64,000 nucleotides of DNA from Candidatus Omnitrophota bacterium (GTDB taxonomy: Bacteria; Omnitrophota; Gorgyraeia; Gygaellales; Profunditerraquicolaceae), in contig JAQUOD010000009.1 in assembly GCA_028717245.1 (NCBI GenBank), forward strand, positions 228-64,227. The letters are read 5' to 3'. Of this stretch, positions 19,931 through 30,282 are shown one piece after another. Position 1 is the stretch's first letter. The number at the start of each line of letters is the position of its first letter. The notes under the pieces were generated by a model. That model had not been told where the DNA came from and made no database searches. It saw nothing but the letters and a program-made list of their open reading frames with translations. The position numbers and the translations under genes are program-made.

Positions 19931-20707
19931 ATGCGTAATATCAAATTAACTATAGAGTACGCCGGCACTAAATACGCCGGATGGCAGGTCCAGGGCAGAA
20001 GGCACAGGACTATCCAGGGAACGTTAGAAAAAGCCCTCCAGAAAATACTTCGGGAAAAAATACATTTAATCGGTTCAGGCAGGACTGATGCCGGGGTGCA
20101 TGCCTTTGGACAAGTAGCTAACTTTAAGACCGATTCCGGCGTGCCTGTTTGGAAAATACAAAAGGCCTTAAATGCGAACTTGCCAGGCGATATTGTAATA
20201 ACTAGCGTAGAGGACGTAAATTTTGATTTTCATAGCCGCTTTGACGCCAAATCAAAAGTATACCGTTACACTGTTTTAAACAGGGCTTATCCCCCGGCAA
20301 TATTGAAAGATAAAGTTTATTTTTATCCTTACCCTTTAGATGTGGAGTTAATGCGTAAAGAAACAAAGTCTCTTTTAGGCCGGCATGATTTTAAATCATT
20401 CTGTGCCAGCTCAAGCAGCGTTAAAGACACCATACGCACAATAAAAAATATAACTATTAAAAAATCGGCTTACAGCTTACAGCTTACAGTTTACAGTTTA
20501 AAAAAGCCCTCTTTGATTACCATTGAGATAGAGGCAGACGGCTTTCTCTACAATATGGTCAGGAATATTACAGGTACGCTGCTTGAGATAGGCAGGGGTA
20601 AACTTCCCGCAGGCAGCCTTAAGAGGATATTACTGGCAAAAAACAGAAGGCTCGCCGGCCCTACGGCCCCTGCCCAAGGATTATGCCTACTTGAGGTTAA
20701 GTATTGA
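19931..20707 (+). CDS. truA: tRNA pseudouridine(38-40) synthase TruA
   Basis: catalytic GSGRTDAGVHA motif. Confidence 0.85.
   Translation: MRNIKLTIEYAGTKYAGWQVQGRRHRTIQGTLEKALQKILREKIHLIGSGRTDAGVHAFGQVANFKTDSGVPVWKIQKALNANLPGDIVITSVEDVNFDFHSRFDAKSKVYRYTVLNRAYPPAILKDKVYFYPYPLDVELMRKETKSLLGRHDFKSFCASSSSVKDTIRTIKNITIKKSAYSLQLTVYSLKKPSLITIEIEADGFLYNMVRNITGTLLEIGRGKLPAGSLKRILLAKNRRLAGPTAPAQGLCLLEVKY
20469..20500 (+). repeat. in-frame heptamer tandem repeat (TTACAGC)x4-5 inside truA
   Basis: encodes AYSLQLTVYSL. Confidence 0.9.
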
Positions 20708-20757
20708 GGATAAAATTTATTTGACTTAACTGATAAATATGTTATACTTTATGTCTT

Positions 20758-21189
20758 ATGAATAAGACATACGTAGCCAAGAAAGAAGATATTAAAAGGC
20801 GCTGGTACCTGGTAGATGCCAAGGATAAGATATTAGGTAGGCTTGCCGCGAAAGTCGCTGTAATTTTAAGGGGCAAGCACAAGGCCATATTTACCCCGCA
20901 TCTGGACACCGGAGACGGCGTCATTGTCATAAATGCGGCCCAGATCAAGGTAACAGGCAGGAAGCCGCAACAGAAGGTTTATCGGCGCTTCTCGGGCTAT
21001 CCCGGCGGTTTAAAAGAAATACCCCTGGAGACTATGCTTAAAAATAAACCGGTAACCGTGATTAGGTTGGCAGTAAGCCGTATGTTACCCGGCGGGTCTT
21101 TAGGGAGTGACACTATAAAGAAATTGAAGATTTACGCAGACGATAAACATCCCCATAAGTCGCAGAATCCGGTTCCTTTGGAGGTTTAG
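20758..21189 (+). CDS. rplM: 50S ribosomal protein L13
   Basis: conserved L13 N-terminus WYLVDA...LGRLA. Confidence 0.9.
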   Translation: MNKTYVAKKEDIKRRWYLVDAKDKILGRLAAKVAVILRGKHKAIFTPHLDTGDGVIVINAAQIKVTGRKPQQKVYRRFSGYPGGLKEIPLETMLKNKPVTVIRLAVSRMLPGGSLGSDTIKKLKIYADDKHPHKSQNPVPLEV

Positions 21190-21195
21190 TTAGAT

Positions 21196-21591
21196 ATGGA
21201 TGAAGTTATCAAGCATACGGCGATAGGCAGACGTAAAGAAGCAACCGCCAGGATTTGGCTTTTACCCGGTAACGGGAATATTATAGTGAATGAGAAGCCG
21301 TACGATAAGTATTTTCTCCGGGAGACAGACCGGATTATCATAAAACAACCTTTGGAAATGACCAATACCTTAACTAAATACGATATCAAAGCTAATATCA
21401 CAGGCGGCGGTCTTACCGGACAGGCAGGCGCTTTCCGGCAGGGCCTTGCCCGCGTCTTAGTTCTGGCTGAACCGGAATTGAAGGATGCATTGCGTAAGCA
21501 GGGTTTTCTTACCCGCGACCCGCGCATGAAGGAACGCAAGAAGTATGGCCAGAAGGGCGCGCGTAAACGCTTCCAGTGGACAAAGAGGTAG
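21196..21591 (+). CDS. rpsI: 30S ribosomal protein S9
   Basis: conserved C-terminus ...[11 protein letters not shown]. Confidence 0.9.
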   Translation: MDEVIKHTAIGRRKEATARIWLLPGNGNIIVNEKPYDKYFLRETDRIIIKQPLEMTNTLTKYDIKANITGGGLTGQAGAFRQGLARVLVLAEPELKDALRKQGFLTRDPRMKERKKYGQKGARKRFQWTKR

Positions 21592-21637
21592 GTTATGAGT
21601 TAGAAAGTTAAAAAGTTCAAATGTTCAAATGTGAAAG

Positions 21638-21664
21638 TCCCGCTGGAAGAGCGGGATTTTTTAT
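21638..21664 (+). terminator. intrinsic terminator TCCCGCTGGAAGAGCGGGA + T6
   Basis: 7-bp GC stem with U-tract after rpsI. Confidence 0.7.
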
Positions 21665-21679
21665 TGATGGTCTTATCGT

Positions 21680-21750
21680 TTTTCTCGCTTACGAGGTAGC
21701 GGGTCCTGTCCCGCCATGAATCGTGGCGGGCCACCCGCTAAATTCTTACG
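21680..21750 (-). repeat. family A element copy 4 (short form, reverse orientation)
   Basis: termini AGCGGGTGG / GACAGGACCCGCT joined by a small hairpin. Confidence 0.7.
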
Positions 21751-21865
21751 TCAGCTCGAAAAACGCCAAGCCCATTTTGTTTAGTGATATCTCGACGAGA
21801 AAATGCTTGACTACGCTGAGTTTTTATCTTAATATGAGCGTATAAAAAAATAAGAGGAGAGGCGC

Positions 21866-22888
21866 ATGGTAAGGGTAGGGATTGTAGGGGCGACGGGTTA
21901 TGCGGGCGAGGAATTAATCGGTATACTTTTAAGGCACTCGCAGGTAAGAATAACGAGCGTATCTGCCAAAATCGATAAGCCCGAGGGTATAGAAAAGATA
22001 TTCCCTAAATTCAAAAATAAGATTTCCTTGGTTTGCAAAGAGCCGGATATAAAAGAGATCGTCGCTGAATGCGACCTGGTATTTTTGGCATTACCCCATA
22101 CCGTCTCCATGGAGATTGCGCCTAAATTATTGGGCGCCGGTAAAAAGGTAATTGATTTAAGCGCCGATTACAGGTTAAAGAATACCGCAACCTATACGCA
22201 GTTCTATAAGGCAAAACATAAGGATAAGGTAAGCCTCGTTAAGGCAGTATACGGCCTGCCGGAACTGTATAGGGCTAAAATCAAGAATGCCCAGCTTATT
22301 GCTAATCCCGGATGTTATCCGACGGCAGCGATATTATCCCTGGCGCCGCTGGTAGCTTTTAATCTGGCCGATTCAGGTTCTATAATTATCGATGCCAAGT
22401 CCGGGGTAACCGGCGCCGGTAAAAAGGTAGCAGAGAGTTTTCTCTTTTCAGAAATCAACGGGGATTTCAAGGCCTATAAGGTCAATGTGCATCAGCATAT
22501 GCCGGAGATTAATCAGGAGCTGTCAAAGCTGGCGGCTAAAGGGATAAAAGTAATCTTTGTGCCGCATTTGTTGCCTCTGAACAGGGGGATATTAGAGACG
22601 ATATATGTTAAAAAAGGGCAAAGGGCAAAGGGCAAAGGGCAAAAGTTAATAAGTTTATACAAAAAATTCTATAAGAAAGAGCCGTTTGTGAGAATAAAAG
22701 ACGAGGGCGATTTTCCAAGAATAAAAGACGTGGTGGGGACGAATTTCTGCGATATCGGGATTAAAGAAAGCGCAGATTCCATAATTATCATTTCTGCCAT
22801 AGATAATTTATTGAAAGGCGCTTCGGGCCAGGCAGTGCAGAATATGAATATTATGTATAAGTTTCCGGAATACAGCGCGTTAATATGA
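21866..22888 (+). CDS. argC: N-acetyl-gamma-glutamyl-phosphate reductase
   Basis: VGIVGATGYAG N-terminus, active-site Cys in NPGCYPT. Confidence 0.9.
   Translation: MVRVGIVGATGYAGEELIGILLRHSQVRITSVSAKIDKPEGIEKIFPKFKNKISLVCKEPDIKEIVAECDLVFLALPHTVSMEIAPKLLGAGKKVIDLSADYRLKNTATYTQFYKAKHKDKVSLVKAVYGLPELYRAKIKNAQLIANPGCYPTAAILSLAPLVAFNLADSGSIIIDAKSGVTGAGKKVAESFLFSEINGDFKAYKVNVHQHMPEINQELSKLAAKGIKVIFVPHLLPLNRGILETIYVKKGQRAKGKGQKLISLYKKFYKKEPFVRIKDEGDFPRIKDVVGTNFCDIGIKESADSIIIISAIDNLLKGASGQAVQNMNIMYKFPEYSALI
22611..22645 (+). repeat. in-frame heptamer tandem repeat (AAAGGGC)x4.5 inside argC
   Basis: encodes KGQRAKGKGQK. Confidence 0.9.
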
Positions 22889-24024
22889 AAGTATATAAAA
22901 AAGCAATTTTGCCTCTGGGTTTTAAAGCTAATGGCGTGGCCTCAGGCATAAAAGAATCCGGAAAGTTAGACCTGGCGCTGTTTTATTCTGATATCCCTGC
23001 CAAGGCCGCTTGCCTTTTTACTACTAATAGAATCCAGGCTGCGCCTATACAGGTAAATAAAATCCACCTTAAGAGGGGTAAGGGATATCGGGCAATAATC
23101 GTCAATAGCGGCAATGCGAATTGTTTTACCGGAGAATCCGGTTTAAGGGATGCCCAGGCAACAGCTAAAAGTTTAGCCGCCGCCTTAAAGATTAAAAAAG
23201 AGAATACCCTGGTTGCCTCTACCGGTATTATCGGCAGGAGATTGCCTTTGATAAAGATTGAAAAAGCCGTGCCCGCCTTAGTAAAAGGATTATCCGGGAC
23301 TGGCATAGATAAGGCAAAAAGAGCAATCATGACTACGGATACGTTCAGTAAAGAGGCTACTGTGAAACTGGCTATCGGTAAAAATATAGTTACGATTTGC
23401 GGTATTGCTAAGGGCGCTGGAATGATTGCGCCGGATATGGCGACCATGCTGGTATTTATTTTTACCGATGCCTTAATTTCACAAATGGCTTTAACCCGGG
23501 CCTTAGGGGCATCTACGGATAATTCTTTCCACTGCATTACCGTTGACGGGTGTATGAGCACAAACGATAGCGTTATGATGTTAGCCAACGGCCGGGCAAA
23601 GAATACCCTTATAGATAAAAATGGCAGGAATTTTACTGTTTTTGTCCAGGGTTTACAGGCGATCTGTATTGAGTTAGCTAAGATGATTGTCAGGGATGCC
23701 GAAGGCGCAAGTAAATTTATTCAAATACAGGTAACTGGGGCAAAAAATTTTAAACAGGCAAGGCAAGCAGCTTTAAGCATTGCTAATTCCAATCTCTTTA
23801 AGACTGCCGTTTACGGCCAGAATCCTAATTTCGGCAGGATTATCGCCGCTGTCGGCGCAAGCGGGATAGATGTCAGAGAGGAAGAGATCAGGATAAGGGT
23901 AAGCCCCTTGGATAGGAAAGAAATAAAAGTGGACGTGTCTCTTAACAGGGGTAGTGCCTGCGCTACGGTTTATACTTCGGACTTGACACCCGAATATATC
24001 AGGATAAACGCAGAGTATAACTAA
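22885..24024 (+). CDS. argJ: bifunctional ornithine acetyltransferase/N-acetylglutamate synthase
   Basis: autoproteolytic ATML site and downstream Thr nucleophile. Confidence 0.9.
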   Translation: MKVYKKAILPLGFKANGVASGIKESGKLDLALFYSDIPAKAACLFTTNRIQAAPIQVNKIHLKRGKGYRAIIVNSGNANCFTGESGLRDAQATAKSLAAALKIKKENTLVASTGIIGRRLPLIKIEKAVPALVKGLSGTGIDKAKRAIMTTDTFSKEATVKLAIGKNIVTICGIAKGAGMIAPDMATMLVFIFTDALISQMALTRALGASTDNSFHCITVDGCMSTNDSVMMLANGRAKNTLIDKNGRNFTVFVQGLQAICIELAKMIVRDAEGASKFIQIQVTGAKNFKQARQAALSIANSNLFKTAVYGQNPNFGRIIAAVGASGIDVREEEIRIRVSPLDRKEIKVDVSLNRGSACATVYTSDLTPEYIRINAEYN

Positions 24025-24035
24025 GGAAGAGGAAA

Positions 24036-24890
24036 ATGGAAGAAGCAATCAAGAAAGCGGATGTATTGATTGAGGCATTGCCTTATATCAAGAGGTTCCA
24101 TAAGAAGGCGATTGTCATTAAATACGGCGGGAGCATCCTGGGAGAAGAAAAAATCAGGAGAGGAGTCCTGGAGGATATTGTTTTTTTAAGTTTTATGGGT
24201 TTAAAGCCGGTATTGGTACATGGGGGAGGCCCGAATATAAGCGAGCGTATTCGTTCAGAAGGGAAGAAGGCGGAATTCGTAGACGGTATACGCGTCACCG
24301 ATGCAAAGACACTGACTGTTGTGGAAGAGGAGTTGCAGAAATTAAACGATATTATTGTCAATGAGATAACTGAATTAGGCGCAAACGCCGTGGGTTTGAA
24401 CGGCCAGGATAAAAAGATAATCCAGGTAAAGAAGAAGAAAGCAGAGGTAGACCTGGGGTTAGTCGGCCATATTACTGAAATAAATGCCGAACCGATACTG
24501 GAAGAATTTAAGTCTGATACAGTAGTCGTTGTGCTGCCGATGGGCAAAGGCCAGGATAAAAAGGCGTACAATGTCAATGCCGATGAGGCAGCCGCCAATA
24601 TTGCCGCTGCCCTTAAGGCGGAGAAATTAGTTTTGCTTACTAATGTAAAAGGCATTATGCGTAATCCTGATGACCCGAATTCTTTTTTATCTACTTTAAC
24701 GGTAGATGAGGCAAAGGGGTTAATTGAAAATAACATTGTCCAGCAGGGGATGATCCCCAAAGTGATGGCCTGCGTTGAGGCATTAGAGAAGGGCGTAAAA
24801 AAGACGCATATTATTGATGCGCGCACGCCGCACGGTTTGCTTTTAGAGATATTTACGGATATGGGAGTAGGGACGGAGATTGTAAGATAG
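24036..24890 (+). CDS. argB: acetylglutamate kinase
   Basis: VIKYGGS and VLVHGGGP motifs. Confidence 0.9.
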   Translation: MEEAIKKADVLIEALPYIKRFHKKAIVIKYGGSILGEEKIRRGVLEDIVFLSFMGLKPVLVHGGGPNISERIRSEGKKAEFVDGIRVTDAKTLTVVEEELQKLNDIIVNEITELGANAVGLNGQDKKIIQVKKKKAEVDLGLVGHITEINAEPILEEFKSDTVVVVLPMGKGQDKKAYNVNADEAAANIAAALKAEKLVLLTNVKGIMRNPDDPNSFLSTLTVDEAKGLIENNIVQQGMIPKVMACVEALEKGVKKTHIIDARTPHGLLLEIFTDMGVGTEIVR

Positions 24891-24925
24891 TTTAAATGTT
24901 AGAATGTTAAAATGTTTAAAAGTTT

Positions 24926-26170
24926 ATGAAAAAAGAAGAGATATTGCAGGCATATAAAGATTACATCATGCCGACCTATACCAAGGTTCCTTTGATTTTT
25001 GTCAAAGGCAAAGGCAGCCGGCTCTGGGATATCCATAATAAAGCTTATCTGGATTTTTTCCCGGGTTGGGGAGTAGGTAACCTGGGGCATTGCCATCCTA
25101 AGGTGGTAGCGGCAGTGCGGGACCAGATTTCCAAATTGATATTTATACCTAATAATTATTACCATATTGCCCAGGCAAAATTAGCCAAGGAGATAGTCTA
25201 TTGGACTCACCCCGCTAAGGTTTTTTTCTGCAATTCCGGGGCAGAGGCAAATGAGGCAGCCATAAAGTTTAGCCGGAAATTCGGCACTTCGACTCAGCCT
25301 TCGGCTTCGCTCAGTGCCGATGGTGAGCGTAGTCGAACCATCGGAAACGGCAGGTATGAAATTATTACTTTCGAAAACTCATTCCACGGCAGGACCCTGG
25401 CTGCTTTGGCTGCTACCGGACAGAAAAAATACCAGAACGGGTTTGCGCCTCTACCGGAAGGTTTTAAGACAGTAAAATTTAACGATATTGAGGAAGTCAA
25501 AAAGGCCATAACCGAAAAGACAGTAGGCATAATGCTGGAGTTGATCCAGGGGGAAGGCGGGATTAATGTCGCCAGCCGGGATTTTGTTTCGGCGTTAAGT
25601 AAGATTTGCGCTGAGAAGAACCTGCTTTTAATCGTAGATGAAGTGCAGACCGGTATCGGCAGGACCGGGAAATTATTCTGCTATCAGCATTACGGCATAA
25701 CCCCGGATATAGTGACGCTGGCCAAGTCCTTAGGCGGAGGCTTGCCTATCGGCGTGATGTTAGTCAAGAAAGAGATTGCCGATACCTTAGGGCCAGGGAT
25801 GCATGCCTCTACTTTTGGGGGAGGGCCGGTAATCTGCAAAGCAGCATTGGCAGTATTCAGGGCCATACAAAAGGAAAAGATGCTTACCAATGCCTCCAGG
25901 ATGGGAGAATATTTATTTACGCGACTGAATGATTTAAAAAATAAGTATCCGGCGATAAAGGAAACAAGGGGTTTGGGCCTGATGGCCGGCGTAGAATTAA
26001 ATATTGAGGGGAAAGCCATCGTGGAAAAATGCATAGAAAATGGGCTTTTGATTAACTGCACTCACGATAAAGTTTTGCGGCTTATGCCGGCATTAAATAT
26101 CAGCAAAAAAGAAATTGATAAAGCGATTAAAATACTGGATAGTGTGTTTGAAAGTTTTTCCGCTTTATAA
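24926..26170 (+). CDS. argD: acetylornithine aminotransferase
   Basis: class III aminotransferase with PLP-lysine in TLAKSLGGG. Confidence 0.85.
   Translation: MKKEEILQAYKDYIMPTYTKVPLIFVKGKGSRLWDIHNKAYLDFFPGWGVGNLGHCHPKVVAAVRDQISKLIFIPNNYYHIAQAKLAKEIVYWTHPAKVFFCNSGAEANEAAIKFSRKFGTSTQPSASLSADGERSRTIGNGRYEIITFENSFHGRTLAALAATGQKKYQNGFAPLPEGFKTVKFNDIEEVKKAITEKTVGIMLELIQGEGGINVASRDFVSALSKICAEKNLLLIVDEVQTGIGRTGKLFCYQHYGITPDIVTLAKSLGGGLPIGVMLVKKEIADTLGPGMHASTFGGGPVICKAALAVFRAIQKEKMLTNASRMGEYLFTRLNDLKNKYPAIKETRGLGLMAGVELNIEGKAIVEKCIENGLLINCTHDKVLRLMPALNISKKEIDKAIKILDSVFESFSAL
25283..25340 (+). repeat. palindromic mini-insertion inside argD (hairpins AGCCTTCGGCT and CCGATGGTGAGCGTAGTCGAACCATCGG)
   Basis: encodes ~20 extra residues TSTQPSASLSADGERSRTIGNG between ARKF and YEIITF. 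Confidence 0.7.
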
Positions 26171-26274
26171 TCTAATTGCGCTAGCGGGATCCCGCTTTAG
26201 TATAAGAAGGTCAAGCGGGAAAATGTTTGAATGTTGTAATGTTAGAATGTTTTAATGTTTAAAAGAAGGATGCT

Positions 26275-27189
26275 ATGAAAAAAGATTTTATTTGTATTAA
26301 AGACCTGGCCTCAGGAGATATTACGGATATCTTTACCCTTACTGATGGTTTAAAGCAGGATAAGAATAAATACAGCAGGGTATTGGCAGGCAAGGCCCTG
26401 GCCCTAATCTTTCAAAAACCTTCGAACCGCACGCGGGTTTCTTTTGAAGTAGGCATGTATCAGCTGGGAGGATATTCCATATATTTAGGGCCTGATGAAA
26501 TCAATCTGGGGGTAAGGGAATCTATTAAAGATGTAGCCAGGACTCTTTCCAGGTACGTAGACGGCATAGTATTAAGGACCTTTGAGCATAAAAATATTTT
26601 AGAGCTGGCTAAATTTTCCGCTCTGCCGGTAATAAACGGTTTGTCAGACTTGTTGCATCCTTGTCAGGCCCTGGCTGATATTTATACCGTCAGGGAAAAG
26701 TTGAAGAATATTAAAGGCGTAACCTTAGCCTATGTAGGAGACGGCAATAATGTCTGCAATTCTTTATTGTATGCCTGTGCCAGCGTAGGTATGAATATGC
26801 ATGTGGCTACACCTAAAGGATATGAACCGGATAAAGCGGTTTTAAGAGAAGCGCAGATAATCGCTAAAGAAAACGGTTCAACCATAAATCTATTTATCAA
26901 ACCCCAGGAGGCAGCCAGGGGTGCGGATGTCATTTATACTGATGTCTGGACGAGCATGGGCCAGGAAAAAGAAGCCCAAATTAGAAAGAAGGTATTTAAG
27001 GAATACCAGGTGAATAAGAGACTCATGCAGTCAGCCAAAAAGGGTGTTTTAATTATGCATTGCCTGCCGGCGCACAGGGGCGATGAGATCACGGATGAGG
27101 CCATTGACAGTGAGAATTCCGTGGTTTTTGATCAGGCAGAGAACAGGATGCATATACAGAAGGCGATCCTTATTAAGTTGCTAAAGTGA
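26275..27189 (+). CDS. argF: ornithine carbamoyltransferase
   Basis: STRTR and HCLP motifs. Confidence 0.85.
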   Translation: MKKDFICIKDLASGDITDIFTLTDGLKQDKNKYSRVLAGKALALIFQKPSNRTRVSFEVGMYQLGGYSIYLGPDEINLGVRESIKDVARTLSRYVDGIVLRTFEHKNILELAKFSALPVINGLSDLLHPCQALADIYTVREKLKNIKGVTLAYVGDGNNVCNSLLYACASVGMNMHVATPKGYEPDKAVLREAQIIAKENGSTINLFIKPQEAARGADVIYTDVWTSMGQEKEAQIRKKVFKEYQVNKRLMQSAKKGVLIMHCLPAHRGDEITDEAIDSENSVVFDQAENRMHIQKAILIKLLK

Positions 27190-27256
27190 TTTTATAAAAC
27201 GTTAAATAAGAATAGGCTAAGGATTTAAAGACGCGTTAATAAGAAAGGAAAAACAG

Positions 27257-27682
27257 ATGAAAAAAGGTTTTACTTTAATTGAGGTCATTGTTGTCGTTAT
27301 TATTATTGGCATCATCGCCTCCTTGTATCTTTCATCTTTCGGCACTACGAAGGAAGGCGTCTTAGATAAAGAGGCCATTTCAAATTTAAAATTACTCCAA
27401 GTTATGGAAAAGACATATGAGATGGATACGGATACTTATTATCCTGCCTCAGAAGGTTCAGTATCGGATATAGTCACTATCAACAATAACCTGCATCTTT
27501 CTTTGCCTGCAGGTTCCGGACGTAGTTGGGACTACGAAGTCTGGAGCACGGGTTGTGTCCAGGCCACGCGAAAGGGCGATGATGAAAGGTCTTGGTATTT
27601 TAAGATTGAAGATGACGGGTCTACGGCTAATTGCGCGACCGATGGAGAGCCGAATAAAGATGATTGTTATACCTGTCCATAA
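27257..27682 (+). CDS. type IV pilin-like protein (prepilin N-terminus MKKGF|TLIEV)
   Basis: G-1/E+5 prepilin signal and C-terminal Cys pair; embedded between argF and argG. Confidence 0.6.
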   Translation: MKKGFTLIEVIVVVIIIGIIASLYLSSFGTTKEGVLDKEAISNLKLLQVMEKTYEMDTDTYYPASEGSVSDIVTINNNLHLSLPAGSGRSWDYEVWSTGCVQATRKGDDERSWYFKIEDDGSTANCATDGEPNKDDCYTCP

Positions 27683-27699
27683 GAAATAGGAGTTTTTAA

Positions 27700-28890
27700 A
27701 TGACGGATAAGAAAAAGATAGTTCTTGCTTATTCCGGGGGGCTAGATACCTCCTGCGCAGTAAGGTGGCTTAAGGATCAAGGATACGAAGTAATCTGTTT
27801 TGCCGCGGATTTAGGCCAGGGTTTAGGAGGGGGTGAGGATTTTGCGGCAATAGAGGCACGGGCCTTAGCTGCCGGCGCTTCCAAAATATATATTAAAGAC
27901 CTTCAGGATGAATTTGTAGAGGATTTTGTTATCCCGGCTTTAAAGGCAGGCGCTATTTATGAAGGTAAATACCTGCTCGCTACAGCATTGGGCAGGCCTT
28001 TGATTGCCAAATATCTGGTAGAAATAGCGCATAAAGAAAAGGCCGAGGCCGTAGCCCATGGTTGTACCGGTAAAGGTAATGATCAAGTCAGGTTTGAGGT
28101 GACTACGGGAATATTAGACCCAAAATTAGAGATTGTCGCTCCGGTGAGGGCCTGGGATTTTAAGTCGCGGGAAGAAGAAATAGAATACGCGCATACGTAT
28201 AATATCCCTATAGATGTCAGCAAAAAGAAGCCTTACAGCATTGATAGGAATATCTGGGGTATTAGCATTGAAGCGGGCATCCTGGAAAATCTGGAGCAGG
28301 AACCGCCTGAGGACGCTTACCTGATTACCAAGAGCCCGACGGGTGCCTCTACATACCCTAAATATATAGAAATTTCTTTTGAAAAAGGCGTGCCTAAAAA
28401 AATAGACGGCAAGATTTATAAACCGAAGAATTTAATCAACCATCTGAATGAGATAGGCGGGCTTTACGGCGTCGGCAGGAGTGACCTGGTTGAAAATAGA
28501 TTAGTAGGCATTAAATCCAGGGAGATTTACGAAGCGCCTGCGGCGACCATATTGCATATTGCCCATAAAGAATTAGAGAGTATAGTTTTAGACAGGGAAC
28601 TAGCGCATTTTAAAGAGATAGTTTCGCTTAAATATGCGGAGCTGGTTTATTATGGGCTCTGGTATTCTCCTTTAAAAGAGGCGCTGGATGGCTTTGTGGA
28701 TTCTACGCAAAAGTATGCCAGCGGTTCGATAAAAATGAAATTATTCAAGGGTAACTGTGTGGCTGTGGGTAGAAAGTCACATCATTCGTTGTATAAAAAG
28801 GAATTGAGCACTTACGGCAAAGAAGACAAATTCGACCAGAAATTAGCCGAAGGGTTTATTAAGATATGGGGAATGCCTTATAGGAAATAA
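27700..28890 (+). CDS. argG: argininosuccinate synthase
   Basis: AYSGGLDTS P-loop. Confidence 0.9.
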   Translation: MTDKKKIVLAYSGGLDTSCAVRWLKDQGYEVICFAADLGQGLGGGEDFAAIEARALAAGASKIYIKDLQDEFVEDFVIPALKAGAIYEGKYLLATALGRPLIAKYLVEIAHKEKAEAVAHGCTGKGNDQVRFEVTTGILDPKLEIVAPVRAWDFKSREEEIEYAHTYNIPIDVSKKKPYSIDRNIWGISIEAGILENLEQEPPEDAYLITKSPTGASTYPKYIEISFEKGVPKKIDGKIYKPKNLINHLNEIGGLYGVGRSDLVENRLVGIKSREIYEAPAATILHIAHKELESIVLDRELAHFKEIVSLKYAELVYYGLWYSPLKEALDGFVDSTQKYASGSIKMKLFKGNCVAVGRKSHHSLYKKELSTYGKEDKFDQKLAEGFIKIWGMPYRK

Positions 28891-28933
28891 GCCGTAAGCT
28901 GTAAGCCGTAAGTTATAAGATCAAGGAGATGAA

Positions 28934-30277
28934 ATGGCGAAGAAATTATGGGGCGGAAGATTCAGCAAAAAAACAGACCCATTAGTAGAGGAGTTTACTA
29001 AGTCGATACAATTTGACTATAAGCTAGCTAACTGGGATTTAGTTGGTTCAAAATTACATGTAATTATATTAGAAAAAGCCGGATTGTTAACGTCAACTGA
29101 GGCATTAAAACTAAAAGAGGGATTGGGGGCTATTCATGCTCAGCTAAGAAATAAGGAGTTTAAAAAGACAGATAGAAACGAAGATATCCATACTTATATT
29201 CAGAATGCACTGCAAAATAGAATTGGAGATTTGGCTTTGAAACTACATACTGCAAGATCCAGGAATGATCAAGTTGTATTCGCAACTAAATTATACTGTA
29301 GAGAATGCATTCTTTGTTCTTGTAAACTCATCTTGGAGCTTACAAAAGAGATTATAAGTTTAGCAGAGAAAAATTCGGATATTGTTATTCCTGGGTTTAC
29401 ACATCTACAGCATGCTCAGCCGGTATTATTGCAGGATTACTTAGAAGCATATGAAGACATGCTTATCAGGGATACAGAGAGGTTAACATCTATTGCTAAG
29501 AATATGAAGGCTATTATGGGCGCAGGAGCGCTTGCAGGTACGCCTATTAGTTCCAATGAATATAAAATTAAGGCAGGAGAACAATTAAAAAAGATAGGCA
29601 TTGATTTTATAGAAGCGATTGAAAATTCACTTGATTCGGTCAGCGATAGGGATTTTGTTATTGAAACCATCAGTGCTCTATCGATCCTTGCAATGCACCT
29701 ATCTAGATTAGCTGAAGATTTAATTATCTGGTCAACAAAAGAATTTGATTTTGTGGAAATCAATGAATCTTTCTGCACCGGTAGTTCGCTGATGCCACAG
29801 AAGAAAAATCCTGACGTATTAGAACTAATTAGGGGCTATGCTGGCAGGTTGTATGGTAATTTAGTGAGCGTATTAACGATGATGAAAGGTCTGCCTCTGA
29901 CATACAATAGAGATATGCAGTTAGATAAAGAACCGCTATTTAATTCTTTTGAAATAGTCTCCAGCGAATTGAAAGTATTAAGCGGTTTAATTAAAACGTT
30001 GAAATTCAATAAGCCCAAGATAGAAGAGCACCTGAAAGATGAAGGCCTCTATGCAACTGACATTGTGTATTACCTTGTAGATAAGAAGATTCCTTTTAAG
30101 GAAGCGCATACTATTATAGGAAAACTAATAAAATATTCGCTTGGTAATGAGATCAAAATTAAAGATATGCCGGAGAATTTATTAAGGAAGTTTTCCAATA
30201 AATTTGTTAAGAAAGAAATAGTTAAGTTATTTGATCCTTTGGTTTCGGTAAAGTCTAAGAAGTCAATTAAGAGGTAA
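28934..30277 (+). CDS. argH: argininosuccinate lyase (markedly AT-rich relative to neighbours)
   Basis: fumarase/lyase signature GSSLMPQKKNPD; WGGRF N-terminus. Confidence 0.9.
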   Translation: MAKKLWGGRFSKKTDPLVEEFTKSIQFDYKLANWDLVGSKLHVIILEKAGLLTSTEALKLKEGLGAIHAQLRNKEFKKTDRNEDIHTYIQNALQNRIGDLALKLHTARSRNDQVVFATKLYCRECILCSCKLILELTKEIISLAEKNSDIVIPGFTHLQHAQPVLLQDYLEAYEDMLIRDTERLTSIAKNMKAIMGAGALAGTPISSNEYKIKAGEQLKKIGIDFIEAIENSLDSVSDRDFVIETISALSILAMHLSRLAEDLIIWSTKEFDFVEINESFCTGSSLMPQKKNPDVLELIRGYAGRLYGNLVSVLTMMKGLPLTYNRDMQLDKEPLFNSFEIVSSELKVLSGLIKTLKFNKPKIEEHLKDEGLYATDIVYYLVDKKIPFKEAHTIIGKLIKYSLGNEIKIKDMPENLLRKFSNKFVKKEIVKLFDPLVSVKSKKSIKR

Positions 30278-30282
30278 TATTT

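Noticed and set aside
22983-24826. Long reverse-strand ORFs (22983-23588, 24083-24826) and many shorter antisense or out-of-frame ORFs inside argJ, argB, uvrA, pilQ and others
   Set aside because: They fully overlap well-supported + strand genes with conserved motifs and have low-complexity translations. They are shadow ORFs.
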